Shown in pieces: positions 37,001 to 50,859 of a stretch of DNA of 64,000 nt. Numbering within the stretch: position 1 is the stretch's first letter; each line of letters begins with the position of its first letter. The notes under the pieces were generated by a model. That model worked only from the letters and a program-made list of their open reading frames with translations. It did not search any database and was not told where the DNA came from. Source of the stretch: Paraspadella gotoi (taxonomy: Eukaryota > Animalia > Chaetognatha); NCBI GenBank assembly GCA_051294375.1, contig CM119268.1, positions 23,451,502 to 23,515,501 of the forward strand, written 5' to 3'. The position numbers and the translations under genes were made by a program.

Positions 37001-40000
37001 AAAAAGAGTATCCTTTTAACTCATCACATGCACGAAGTATTATTAGAATAATTTAATTTCATAAGGAGCAAGCGGCGAGAAAAAAAAAATTTCAAACATT
37101 TTCTTGGTTCAATTTCTTTTTACTGGTCATTAACGTGTTTTAGGCTAACATCATCTCTACATCTCACTCTCTGCACTCATAGATTAGTCTCTCTGTTACT
37201 TATTCAATTATTAGAACTGGATATAAAGTTGATATGTCATTCATCATATTCAAGTAATATACTTTACATTATTGCTCCAATGATGAATGAACTAAGACAA
37301 ATAAAGTGAATAGTTGCAACAATGGTGTTATTTTAATAACAAGGGCTTCTTCCATATAAAATTAATACGAATTCAAAATAATAAAAGTATTTAAAACACT
37401 AGATTAAACTTTACTAAAGTTAAAAGATTACTATTTACCAATTCAAAATAAATTTCACAATACTAAAAAAGAATAAATGATAATCTCTGTAAGCTAATGA
37501 CATATTGTTAATAGACGAAAAAAATAACTCTAACTAATGCAATGTAAATCCATAACGAATGATAAGAGAATTGCATAAAATTAATTAAATTATTAATTAT
37601 TAAATAAATATCAATCACAGATACTGAAACCACGAAGACAGAGGAAAGGCATAAGAAGGATACTCGAGAGAAGAAAAAATCTGAGAAACTCAATTTATCG
37701 GACAGGGGTATTGAAGCACATCCAGTAAAAAGAAAACCCAAACCCAACACAAACGAACAACGACCAACAGCAACGGAAAAAAGGATTCCAGAAGAAACAG
37801 GATAAGACACCAAAACACAATCAAGAATAGAGAATAGAAAAGCATAGAAAGAATAAAGAAAGCAAATAACAATAGAAGATAGAAGTTCAACAGATATAAC
37901 CAACAACCACAAAAAATAAAAGCATGGTATACGTTGAAAAAATAATTAATTATAATATTCAGAAACGATCAAACATGTTAATAACCAAGAAAGAAAAAAA
38001 ATATTAAAATCAATAGAAATCGAGCCGCCTTTCGATAGATTAACAAACGCAAATATGAAAAACACGATAACCAAATAATATGATCATGATAAAAAAACTA
38101 CATGAAGATGATAAGAGAGATCCAAACCGAGATTGATATGCAAATGATGTGAATAATCATCATATTGAAAATAGATAATATTCATTGATGATATAGCCCA
38201 TCCTACGCGATGATCAATCATACGTAAAATCAAACAAACTAAAGCTGTAAGAAATGAAAGAGAGAGAGAGAGAAGAGAGAGAGAGAAGAAGAGAGAAAGA
38301 GAGAAAGAAGGAGAGAGAGAGAGAGAAAGGAAGAGAGCGACTGCAGATTTTCATCTCGTGATAAATAAAAAAGAAATAATCAGAATAGTTTAGAACAAAA
38401 CAATCCAGAGAAAACACCGAGGATAAATTGGATTTTGTTTTGAAAAAAGCGCGAATAAGGGGAATAAAGTAGAAGTAGAGAGAGAGAGAGAGGAGAAGAG
38501 AGAGACATACAGAGAGCAGGACGAGAGAGATGGAGAGAGAGAGAAGAAAAGAGAAGAAGCGAGAAATGAAAAAAAGAATAAAGAGAGAGCTTCGATACTA
38601 CACGCCCGCCGCAACCGCACCGCTGAACTAGGTTAATATTCAGACGCTATAGATAGGGAAGATCGAAGCCTCTTCCTTTTCAATATTTACTTCCTTTTCT
38701 TACAAATATTTATGTCTAATCTAAAAAAAGGTTAATCTTGAATGAAATTTAAGATTTGTTCTTTTTTTTTTAAGAAGAAAAACCGAGTAAATTCATATTG
38801 CATTTAAACTAATATAAATAATTCAACTCAAATATTATTTTAAAAAAGGAAAAAATATAAATATTACATAAAAAAGTTTAGCAAAATTAAAATATGAAAA
38901 ATATTAGAATAACAAAGAAAAGTAATTTAATTGACTTTAGTCTCTCTCCACTTATTTTAGATTATCATAGTGCCCGGTCAAAAGTTCAGGTAAAACAAAA
39001 CAAAAAAATTTTTTTTAGAAAATTATATAGCAATTAAATTAACCCTAGCAATTCGGACATTAGCATTATATTTGTAAATGTAATTGAATTGCCTGCAATT
39101 TATAAATTATTTTCCTTGTTTTTTAAAATAGGAGAGAGAGCCGGAACCGTTTACGTTCCGTTACTGGTGAAAAACAAAAAAAAAGAGAGAGAGAGAGGAG
39201 AGAGAGAGAGATAATTTGCCCGCAAGAATAAAGCAATATAGGTCACTTGATCTGTTATATAGAGTGCATTCGGTCAAAGTTGAATTTTTTTTATACACGT
39301 AAGTTTCCGTGCCATCAAAACGCGTTATTAAGGTACTTCTCGATCATTGTTTATCGTTGCCACGCAACGGCCACGAATCCAGGTATAAGTATTTACACAT
39401 TTTCGCCATAAAAAATCCACGAAAATTCAGATGTAAAGTTGGATTTTGTATTGAGAAAAGAAGCGGAATAAATGGGATAATAAAGTTTTAGAAGAAGAAA
39501 TATAAGAATTTATTAAAAAAAGTGGTAAAAAAGTGAATAAGTTTTTCTTTGTAAAAAGAAAAAAAGAGAGAGAAAGTAAGAGAGAGAGAGAGAGGAGAGA
39601 CGAGGAGATGAGAGAAGAGAGAGAGAAAAGAGGCTGATCAAATATATATGTTTTTTAGAAAGAAAAAATATACAGAATTTTTCAAGAAAACGGACGATCA
39701 CGCAAGAGATCAGTACAGAGAGAGACAGGACACACTAAAGAGAGACAGAGAGAGTAACTGAACTCGTTTTTAAAACGATTCAGCGTTAAAAAAATATATA
39801 TAATTAAAAAATGAAATAAAAGAAGGCAAAAATGGTTACAATGTTTACAATGGAATTTTTCCAAATTTTTTCAATGCAGTGAAATGAATAATTATTTTTA
39901 TTGTATAAAATTAAGATATAGCTTCTCATTAAAAAAATTCCTTTTGAGTTCCCATTTTTATTAAAATCTAAACAAATTTTTTGAATTCACATCTGATATT

Positions 40001-41680
40001 ATAACTGCAATTAAAATTAGAATAAAGCATTTCTATATACTAATTTGGATATTATATTGAGTAAAATGCATTTGCATATTGCAGTAAATATAATGAAGTG
40101 GAATTCAAACAAAATACTTAAATCCAAATGTAATATATAAAATATACAGTATTTCAAGATGAAAACCCATATTAAATTTTTAATTCTATGATGACACCTT
40201 TTGGTAAAATTTCTCATAATTCATTAATAATTTTATTTAAAAAACGGTAAGTCCCACAGCACAAACTAATAAAAGCGTAGTAGTTTTTATATATGAAAAC
40301 AGCGTGGACGGACGACGACGAAACGACAGCGACTACGTCCAAAGAAGCACACTAACATATGAGAGCCTGCCGCTTGCCGTCAAGGCTAATAATAAAAGGG
40401 ATAATATTAACAAAGTAAATTCGAATTATTAATTATCACATGCAAAGAAAAAATTATACATATATTTGAGATTTAAAAATTAAAATTTAAATTAAGTTGT
40501 TGTCTCAACTTTGAGCAGTACACCTTAGAATTTTGAGACGGCAAGCTTGTAAACTTCGAGTACAAAAGAGAATTTTAAAGAGAGCTTTTTGGTCTTGATT
40601 GGTACTCCCCTTCGTAACATTGCTCTACAACACCCATTTTGGGAATATCAAACTTATTGAAAATGATGCTCCAGACAGATTTGAAACCTGAAACCTTTGT
40701 AACGTTTGAAATCCGCGCGCTGCATCGGCAATGATTTTCAAAAAATTTTTGTAAAAATTAAATATTTAATGTATGTTCGCTTTAATTTTTGGAAACAAAA
40801 AAATCAACGTCGCAGGAGCAGAGATTGATAAATCCGATACCAGTTTCCGATCGTGAAGAAGTGCAACGACGACATTAATACGAAGAAGAAAGTGAATATA
40901 TGGCTTAATTTTAATGTTTGAAATGAAGGAAAAGTGTTGACTCTTAGAGCGCAACGGTAGTGTGACATTAACATAATTGCTTTTAAAAGAATGTATTTAA
41001 TTAGGATGCTTTAACACGTGTTGCCTATCCAGCACCCTCACACCACCACCATCAAAATAGGGATAGTGTAAGACATAGCTATGATTGAAGAAGAAAAAAA
41101 ATGAATGATCGTTTTCAAAATGAAATAATTAAGTATTTCGATATATGCATAAAAAAAGTGAGCAAACAATGTGATAGATGCCTACATAGATTAAGCAAGA
41201 TAATCAGCGATACTATATGATAAATAATCTTGTAGAGTGAATGTTTCTGACTTTCAATTTGTGATCTTAACATGATCATAACAGATTGTGAACATAACGT
41301 AAGTATTGAGCAAACAGTGTCGGATCTGCCACAGATCATTATCGGTAAATAATTAATTAATAATAATATTACTTTAATAATTAATTCAATTAATTAATAA
41401 TATTTGATCCATTAATGTTTGTTTTGATATATTAATTGACGATAATATAAAATTATTATTGATAAATTATACCTATGAATTGAAAGAATTATTTAGATTA
41501 GTTAATTTGATTATTAAACAAAAGGATTGACAACTTACTTTCCAATGTATATACTTATTATGTTATTAAAGTATACATCCTTAAGTGCTCCTATAATCTG
41601 CCTCCTTCATTCTTTCCTTTCTTCTATTTTTATACCTAATGGACTAACCAATTTTCTCTCTCACATATATTTGACCGTTC
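34020..41680 (+). repeat. Noisy tandem duplicate of 41707..46800
   Basis: Colinear anchors: satellite, purine tract, aaattggtaccaaaaagag, acccgcgtgagcgtca, gagacggcaagct, gtgtcggatctgcc; ends at the 25-N gap 41682-41706. Confidence 0.85.
38010..40390 (+). mobile_element. About 2.4 kb insertion present in only one duplicate copy; Helitron/HINE-like 3' end
   Basis: Flanks at about 37960-38000 and 40400 are nearly contiguous in the other copy (about 45385-45450); the insert ends with gacggacgacg... and an imperfect agcctg...aggct hairpin before aataataaaa; sequence noisy, boundaries approximate. Confidence 0.45.
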
Positions 41681-41786
41681 ANNNNNNNNNNNNNNNNNNN
41701 NNNNNNAAAAAAATCCTTCTCTTTTAATGGACCATCTTGAAAGTAATTTTCTCATTATTTCCGAAGTCTTTTCGCCACCGGAACTA

Positions 41787-42405
41787 ATCACCTTGCAAAG
41801 AGATCACTTTAGAAAGAGATCACCTTGGAAAGAGATCACTTTGGAAAGAGATCACTTTGGAAAGAGATAACTTTTCATTGAGATCACTTTTAAAAGAGAT
41901 CACCTTGGAAAGAAATCACCTTGCAATAAGATCATCTTGGAAAGAGATCACTTTGGAAAGAGATCACCATGAAAAGAAATCGCTTAGAAAAGAGATCACC
42001 TTGGAAAGAGGTAACTTAAGAAAGTGATCACCTTACAAAGAGATCAGCTTGGAAAAAGATATTTTTGTAAAGAGATTATTTTGGAAAGAGATCACTTTGG
42101 AAAGTGATCATCTTGCAAAGAGATCAGCTTGGAAACAGATCTTTTTGTAAAGAGATTATTTTGGAAAGAGATCACTTTGGAAAGTGATCATTTTGCAAAG
42201 AGATCAGCTTGGAAACAAATCTTTTTTAAAGAGATCATTTTGGAAAGAGATCACCTTGCAAAGAGATCAGCTTGGAAAGAGATCTTTTTGTAAAGAGATC
42301 ATTTTGGAAAGAGATCACCTTGGTAAGTGATCATCTTGCAAAGAGATCAGCTTGGAAAGAGATCTTTTTGTAAAGAGATCATTTTGGAAAGAGATCACCT
42401 TGGAA
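41787..42405. repeat. 16-bp satellite (ggaaagagatcacctt), about 38 units with higher-order variants; degraded copy at 34115..34740
   Basis: Direct inspection. Confidence 0.95.
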
Positions 42406-44301
42406 ATCTATTAATCACTTTATCTCTACAACTTGAGACTTTTTTATTATTTGCGAAAGATAGAGAAAGAGCAGGGGGAAAGGGGGAGAGGCGCGAGGGG
42501 TGAGGGAGAGAGGAAGAGAAGAGAGGGAGAGGGGAGAGGGCCAGTCGGGGGAGACGGGGAGAGGAGTCAAGAAAAGAGGAGAAAAGGAAGGGAGAGGGGA
42601 GAGCGGGAGGATGGAGGGGACGAGGTAAGGGAAAGTGAGAATGGTAGAGGAGCAGGGGCAGTGGGCGAGAAGGGAAGGAGGATTAAGAGGACGAGACGGA
42701 GAGGGAGAGAGGGTAGGAGTCAGAGGGGACAGGAGAGGGAAGGGAGAAAGGAGAGCGGAGGGAGGAGAGGGAAAGAGGAAGGAGAGAAGGGGAGAGGGAG
42801 AGAGGTAGGAGGAGAGGAGAAGGGGGGAGGGAGAGTGAAGAGGAAAGGAGCAAGAGAGGGAGGAGAGAGAGGGAGAGGAAGGAGGAGAGGGGGGAGAAAG
42901 AGAGTGGAGGAGGGAGAGGAGAAGGGGGAGAGGGAGATGAGAGGGAAGGGGCAGAGAGAGAGAGGGGGAGAAGGGAAAAGGGTGAGATATATGAGGAAGA
43001 GGAAGGAGGATGAAAGGGAGAAAGAGAAAAATCGTTAAAAAGAGAATATATTATAGTCAAATAGTCATTTAATAATATATTATGCGTTTTTATTTCGAAT
43101 CCAACAAGGTTGATTCAGTCATACAGAGGCATCAAAAAAAAAAAAAGCTAAGTCTAAAAACAAACAAAGTTAAAGATTTGCGTGAAAAAGTATATGTCAA
43201 TATGTCATAAAATATTGTTTTTTTTTAACCAAAATATAGATGGCGTTTAGTATGGTTTACTTATTCGGTAATAAGCTTTTGTAGGCGCGGCTATCAGTAC
43301 GTACTTTTGAATTTAATAAGTTATTGATCTTTGTCTTAATTAAGTTTTTCCTGGCGAATCTTGTTTTTTTGTAATTCGTGTCATGAAATTACTTTACATA
43401 TTGGTTCCTTTTTTTGTCTGTTTCCTACTTCTGAAATGAATAAATAAATATGACGAATTAAAAAAAGTTAAATAAAATTTTGGTTTACATACAAGTATAT
43501 ATTGTTTAGCTTAGTTTTTTTATGATCAAAATTCCAATAGTTATGAAGAAAGAAAAGAAAAAGATAGAAAGAGATGGAGAAACTAAAGAGTAAAGAGTAA
43601 AGACAGTAAAACTATAATTCTCTCTCAGTCTCTTTTACTCTCTCCCACCATTCTCCCTCTCCCTCTCCCTCCCCCTCTCTTTCTCTCTCTCTCTCCCTCT
43701 CTCTCAGAATGAAGGAGAAACAAGGGAATTAGACAAAGAGAAAATTGGTACCAAAAAGAGAGAAAAATTAAGGAAAAGAAAAAAAAGAAATATTTGTTGT
43801 ACCAATTTCATAATTAAGAAAGATAAAAAGAAAAAAGATTAAAAAAATAATCAAAATAATTTTAATTTTATTTTGTTTAAAATGTATTTTGATAATATTT
43901 TATTAATATGACAGAATCTGCTCAAATTAAAGTTGAGAGAAACAAATTATATCATATTATATTTTTCCTCTTCTTTCCTATTTTTTCTTCTCTTTCCTCT
44001 TCTTCTTTTATTTTCCTTTTTTCTTTCTTTTTATTTCTTTTTCCTTTCTTTTACTTTTCTTTCCTCCTTTTCTCCTTTTTCTTTATTTTTTCACTCTCCA
44101 TAGAATCAGTGAAGTGAATCTCAGTGAATCCAACCGAAGTTCAATTCTCCATCAAAAGTCAAACCGAATTTTATGAACAAAAAAATAAGAGGAAAATAGA
44201 AGGATANNNNNNNNNNTCTCTCTCTCTCTCTCTCTCTCTCCCCTTCCATCTTTCACTTCCACCTTTTCGCTTTTTAAAACCCTGGATTTTCTCTCGTTCC
44301 A

Positions 44302-44336
<35 letters not shown>

Positions 44337-44521
44337 ACCCAGGAATCGCTGTGAACTGACCCGCGTGAGCGTCAGAGTCGCGGCTCCTCACCTCATTTAT
44401 CCTTCTTACCCTGACTTGGCCTCTGGTGACCTTTATTCTCCAACCTGACCAGTTAATCGTCCCTTTATTCTTGAGTAACAACATGATATTATTATTATTA
44501 TTTTTATTATTATTATTATTA

Positions 44522-44594
<73 letters not shown>

Positions 44595-46489
44595 TTTATT
44601 GTATTCATTGTATTCGTTGTAATCATCAAATTGATACAACCAATATAAAAGTAATTCTTTTAACGTCATCACATGCACCGAAAGTATTATTATGAATAAA
44701 TTTAATTTCAATATGGGAGAAGGCAGTGCGAGTACAAAAAAAATTATTTTAAATTTTTTAAAATTTTTTTGTTCTTGGTTCATTCTTCTTTTTTTGGTCA
44801 TTTACTGTTTGGCTAAATCTCTCTCTCTCTCTCTGCTGATTATCTCTCCTTGGTCTCTCTCAATCGTTTTAACTGTTATTAATTTTATGTCTCTCTCTTC
44901 AGTATTTTCACTTTATTCTTGTTATTTGCTCCACTGATGATGACTTAGAAAATTAAGTCGAAATATCTGGCAAAAATAAGTTTTTTTTGTACTCGCACTC
45001 CTTCTCCATTATGAAATTAAATTCATTCAAATATGAAAAGTATTTGTATTTTAATTATAGTTAACTTTACGAAAAAGTAAAAGATTACTAGTTTTACCAT
45101 GTTTTTTAAAATAAATTTTTAATATTAAAAAATAAATGATGATTTCTGTAAAGCTAATAACTTTTGTTGATGAAAAAAAAATTAAACTTCGTTAAAATAT
45201 ATGCAATGTGAAATCTTACAATGATAAGAATTATAAATTAAGTTAATTATTTAATTATTAAATTATTAGTATTTTAAAAATTGTCCCTTTTGCCTATAGA
45301 AATTCAATTAGAAATTACAGTTTGGAAAGCAACCTCAAAAAATAAGCATTTGTTTTTAACGTTCTAAAAAAAGATATTATTTAAATTCAGAAACGATCAA
45401 ACAAGTTAATCCCAGAAAAGAAATAAAAAGGGAATATATAAGCAAAGTAAAATTGCGAATGTTAACTGTAATTATAACATGCATAAAGTAAAACTCACAT
45501 ACATTATAACAATATATTTTAAAGTTTCCCAAAAATTAAATTTTAAAATTAGCTTCGTTGTCCTTCAACTGTTACAGTAGACACGTCGTCAATTTCGAGA
45601 CGGCAAGCTCTGTAACTGCGAGTACAAATGAGAATTTTTAAGAGAGCTTTTGTCTGATAATCGAGTACACATATGGCTACTCCTTCGGTAAAGCCATGTG
45701 CTCTACGACCAATTGTTTGGGACATCAGCAACTATTTGTAAAAAAGATGCTTCAGCCCCTCCGTCGGCCAGATTTTGAACCTGAAAACTTTTCGTAAATT
45801 TAAATCGTCCGGCGCAAACGCATCACTGCGGCCAACATGATTTTTCAATGAAAATTTCTTGTAAATAAATTAATTAATAAAGCTGTAAGGTTGCTTTTTA
45901 TTAATTTTTTTGGGGAAACAAAAATTCAACGTTCGAAGGCAGAGATTCCGACCATCCGAGTCCCAAGTTTCCCGATCCGGACGAACGGTTCGCAAACGAC
46001 GACAGATTAATACCGAAGAAAGCGAATAGTTCTGGCTTAATTTTAAATGTTTGAAAAATTGAGGATAAGTCAGTGTGCCTCTTTAAGGGCCGCGAAACTT
46101 GAACTTTTTCACCTTTCTTTTTAAGGTGTTTTATTAAGTGTTTTTAACTAGTTGCTTATTGATCAATAATTAATAAATTAGGCCTAATGATTGAGAGAAA
46201 TGAAAGAATGAAATCGTTTCAAAAATGGGAATAATCTAAGTTTTTCGATTTTGCATAAAAACAAGTTTGAGCAAACAATGTCGGATCTGCCTATCAATAA
46301 TTAAAGCAGTAATAAGCTAATACGATGATAAATTCTTGGAAATGTTATTCTGACTTTCCAAATTTGTGACCTGTAACTGGATCATAACACGTTGTAACAA
46401 TAAACAAGTTGAGAAACAGTGTCGGATCTGCCAACGATATTATCGGTAAATAATATTAATAATTTAATTAATATACTTAATAATTAATA

Positions 46490-49400
46490 TTCAAGTTAAT
46501 TAATTAATTTATTTTTGAATCTCAAATGTTTGTTTTGATTGATTAATTGACCGAATTAATTTATTATGATTAATTAATTTACTATTGATTAATTAACTGA
46601 TTAGTTATTTGATTAATTAATACAACAAAAGTTTGACAAAGCTTTCCTTATTCCCAGTGTCATATACTTATTATGTATTAACAGTTCACACCCTTAAAAG
46701 TGATCCTTAACTCTCCTACCCTTCATTCTTCTTTCCTTCCTTTCCTATTTTTTCTCACTCTCGGCCTTAACCATTTTTTCTCTCTCACATGTTTTGACCG
46801 CTTCACATTATTCATTTTTTTCTTCTTCATAATTCATATTTTTATTATTCATTATTCATTCTACCTTCCTTCATCAATGCCGGCCTCAACTTCTTTCATT
46901 TCTCATTCTTATTTAAAGTTACGATGACTAATAGGGAATTAAGAAATTAACAAAAAAGAAAGGCTAGTTTTTATTTCATTGCTTGGGCGTTTAATAAATA
47001 TTTAAAATCGAGGGCAAAAGCAGAATTAAGGATAACACCCAAGTCTCTCTTCTCTCTTCTTCTCTCTCTCTCTCTCTCTTGTCTTCTCTCTCTCTCCCTC
47101 TCCGTGTAATCTCTCTCTCTCTCGTCTCTCTTCTAAACTATCTTCCTCCTCGCTCCTCTCGTCTCTCCGCCCCATTAGTCCGGCGGTGGTCCATGATCTG
47201 GGTTTCTTTGCTTTCCCTCCCTCGGTCGACGTTTAATTGCTTGGTTTGGCTTTGGCGCTCAAGTTTTCCCCGCCGCTCGGAGACGCGGAGCCTCGCCTTC
47301 CCGCTTTAAGCGACCAACAGCCCATCGTCTCGCTCTCACTCCCGCTTTCCTCGCCCTTTCTATTTTCTTCTCTCTCCTCGTTCTCTCTGGAATGCTCTCC
47401 CTTCACCTCCTCTCTCTCTCTCTGCCCTTTTCCCAGTTGGGTTTTAATTGATGCTCCTGGGAAGAATTGGAATTTTATGTTTCACCCAACTGTAGTTATT
47501 TTCATTTCTAATTTATTCGCCGCCGTTTTTAATTACTAAATTTTTATTTCCTTTCTTTACTTTGAGGATTCTTGCATTCTCCTTTATTCTTCATTTTTTT
47601 TTTTCTTTTATTTTGTTTAGTTTGTTTAGATGGTTGGCTATTTTTAGTCGGATCTGGCTTTATCAGCAGATTCCGGCCTTTTGTAATCCACTTGTCCGGT
47701 CAAGTTCGGTCACTTAAAATCTCGGTAATAATCATTCGATCATAAGAAAATCGAATTATGATAAAATTTCTATATAATATTGATTAATAAACAAATAATA
47801 ATTATGATTTTTTGTTATGATTGTCTATGATTAAAATTAACCGATTTTATCATTAAACTTATTATTTGAATCTAGCCTGCGTAGCATAAATTATCGTAGG
47901 CAGATTCCGACAATTTTGCTCCAACTTGTTTGACGTTGGTCTCCTGTTTTAGAGGCGAAATATAATTTTGAGCTTCCAGATATCGTATAGTTAATTACAA
48001 AGTTCTACTATATTGTTGAAATTTAGCAAATATGCATAAACTTTATGTTTGAAAATTCAACATTGTTTTTTTTTTGCTGTGATTTAAGAAAAACGAATAA
48101 CATTTACTTGATAATTATAATTTGTTAAATGTAACAAGAGTGCCCGTTAAAAGTTATGTTTAAGTTGTTACAAATCTAATAACCGATGTTGTAAGAAAAT
48201 ATTAAACAAAGAAAAATACAGACTGCACAATAAAAGACTGGACACGCTTAACCGAAACGACGACGGACGACGACGACGACGACGACGAACAGGAAGGTGT
48301 TTCTTCTCTTTACCTGAGACGCGAAGTCAGAACGGGAGTCCGTAAAAAGGAACGCACTGTATTTTGGGAGTAAAGAAAAATTTGGTGAGAGAGAAGAGCA
48401 AAGAGAGAAGAAGATAAGAGAAGAGAAGAAGCGAAAAAAGAAAGAGGAAGAAGAAGAAAAAGAAAAGAAGAGAAAAAAGAAAAGAAAATATAAGAAAAAA
48501 AAGAATAGAAAGAAAAAAAGAAAAGAAAAGAAAGTAAAAAAGAGAGAAAAAAAGAAAGAAAAGAAAAGGAAAAGAAAAGAAAAAAAAGAGAAGAGAAGAT
48601 AGAGAAAAGAAGAGAGAGAAAAAAAAAAAAAAGAAAGAAGAAAAAGAAAAGAAAATAAAAAAAGGAAAGAAAGGAGAAAAGGAGATAATAGGTCAAAGTC
48701 ACTATTCCACTTCAAGACGAATAAACATAAAAAAGGCTAAAAATAAAAACCAAAACATAAATACTATGAATCCTAGAACAACAAAGAACCAGAGACGGGC
48801 AAGAAACTAATACAGATATAACAGAACAAATAAAGGAACAGAGATAAATAAAAGGAGGGAAGAGGAAAAGAAAAAAAAGAAAAAGCAGGAAAAAGAAAAA
48901 GGACAAAAAAAAAGGAGAGACAATAATTGTTCTAAACTTTTTCCCGTTTAATTATTGCCTTGAGGGGAGAAGTTTATTGCCTTTGGGAGGAGGGAAAGGG
49001 TGAAAGAAAACGGAGGAAAGAGAAAAAGGGAGGAAGGAAAGGAAGGGAAGAGAAAAATGAGGAAAGAGAAAAAAGGAGGAAGGAGAAAAGGGAGGAAAGA
49101 AGAAGAGAGAGGAATAAGAAAAGGAAGGAAAGGAGAAAAGGGAGGAAATAGAAAGGAGAGAAGAGAAAAGGGAGCAACAGAAAAGGAGGAAGAAGAAAAA
49201 AAGGAAAAAGAAAAGGAAAGAAGAGAAAATTGGAGGAAAGAGAAAAGGAGGAAAGAGAAAAACTTGAGGAAAGGAAAAAAGGGAGGAAAGAGACAAGGGA
49301 GAAAGAGAAAAGGGAAGGAAGAGAAAAAAGGAGGAAAGATATAAAGGGAGAAAAAGAGAAGGAGAAAGAGTAAAAGGGAGGAAGAAGCGGCGGAAAGAGA

Positions 49401-50290
49401 ATGGAGGAAAGAGAAAAGCCAAAAGGGAGAAATAGAAAAGGGAAGGAAAGGAAGGCAGGAAGATATAAGGAGAAGAGAGTGATGATGAAATTAATGTAAT
49501 ATTTTATTACATCTTTGTCACTTAAAATAATTTTTTTTACAAATCACAGAGTGCCTAATGCCTGGAATCGGACTGTCAAAGGGCCGGGTTGAACCAAGGG
49601 TTCTGCGGAGCCTGGTCAGTCATCTAACTGAGGTCAAAGCGGATTCAAGCAGGAACCAACTTTAGATCGACGTGATCTGTTTGATGTCTGCTTTGATAAT
49701 GGTTTTTTGCTTGGTCAGGAAAATTTGGTTGGTAGGATTCTCTTTAGCCGTTGGAAAAGTTAGTTCATGAAATGAGAAAAAAAAAAGTAAGGATAAAATA
49801 GTTGAGAGTTTTTCAGTCATAAAACGATGTATGAATTGTTAATAAACAAAGAATAATAAATAATTACGGGGTGGGAGCGAAAAAGGGTAAAAAACTGGTA
49901 ATAAATGGTGGCAATAAATATGGAAAAATGATAATAAAAAAAAGTGGAATCATTGGTTTTTATGTTATTCCTCCTCTTCCCCTCTCTTCTTCTCCTCTTT
50001 TACTTCTCGAGCGACGAGAGGAGAAGAGACCGAGGGGGCGAAGTTTTATGAAGGGGAGGGGAAGGAGGGAGAGAGGGAAGGGGGGGGAAGAGGGAGGAAG
50101 ATAAAGAGCAAGAGGAAGAGGGAGCATGGAGAGAAAGAAAGGGTGAATAAAAGGAGAAAAAGCAGAGAGAGACAAAGAGAGAGAGAGAGAAGAGGATAAG
50201 AAGAGAGAGAGAGAGTAGAGAGAGAGAAAGAGAGAGAGAGAAGAGAGAAAGGAGGAGAGAGAGGAGAGAGAGAGAGAGGAGAGAGAGAGA

Positions 50291-50334
<44 letters not shown>

Positions 50335-50710
50335 GAAATATCGTGGGTAGCGTGGGTGGAATCGGGGTTACCCGTTTTATCATCGACTATAGAAACTACA
50401 ATTAACGAGTATTACAAAATTAATTTTTTTTTTCTTTTTTTTTGTCAGATAAAAAGAGAGAGAAAAACTATGGACAGGAATCTCTTCAAACTGGTTAATA
50501 ATATTTTCTATAATGATTCTTCGTTGGGTTTAGGGTCTTTCATTGAAAGCGATTTTCGAGTCTCCTCAATTTTAGGGATAGAGAATTTTGATGACTTTTG
50601 TAGCTTATTTTCTGTTAATGCTGCTTGCTCGTGGTTCAAAAGCTGCTGTTTACTCGAGAATTTTTATATATTTTTGATTTTATAATAATAATATACAATA
50701 ATAACATGCT
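46490..50710 (+). repeat. Tandem duplicate of the gapped block 51431..55653
   Basis: Shared anchors aaggataacacccaag, ataggtcaaagtcactattccac, gcctaatgcctgga...gaggtcaaagcggattcaagcagg, ctcgagcgacgagagga; the second copy starts right after the 25-N gap 51406-51430. Confidence 0.9.
47640..47930 (-). mobile_element. HINE-like element (duplicate at about 52588..52848)
   Basis: ttttTAGTCGGATCTGCTTATCAGCAGATTCCGGC hairpin and ccactttgtcggtc motif (clean in the 52590 copy); additional GTCGGATCTGCC half-sites at about 41318, 46280, 46421 and 52838. Confidence 0.6.
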
Positions 50711-50828
50711 CAATTTTCAATCTGAATGACACGCGCGTAGCAGGGGCGACGTTGGAAATTCTGAATAAGTTTTTAAAAGTTCATTGCTATCGGTTTACGT
50801 GTCAGCGAGGGAAGAGAAAAGAGAGGTG

Positions 50829-50859
<31 letters not shown>

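Noticed and set aside
41787-42405. Regular short repeats as a possible CRISPR array (also 19230-19385, 25330-25620)
   Set aside because: Head-to-tail monomers with no unique spacers and no cas genes; eukaryotic context.
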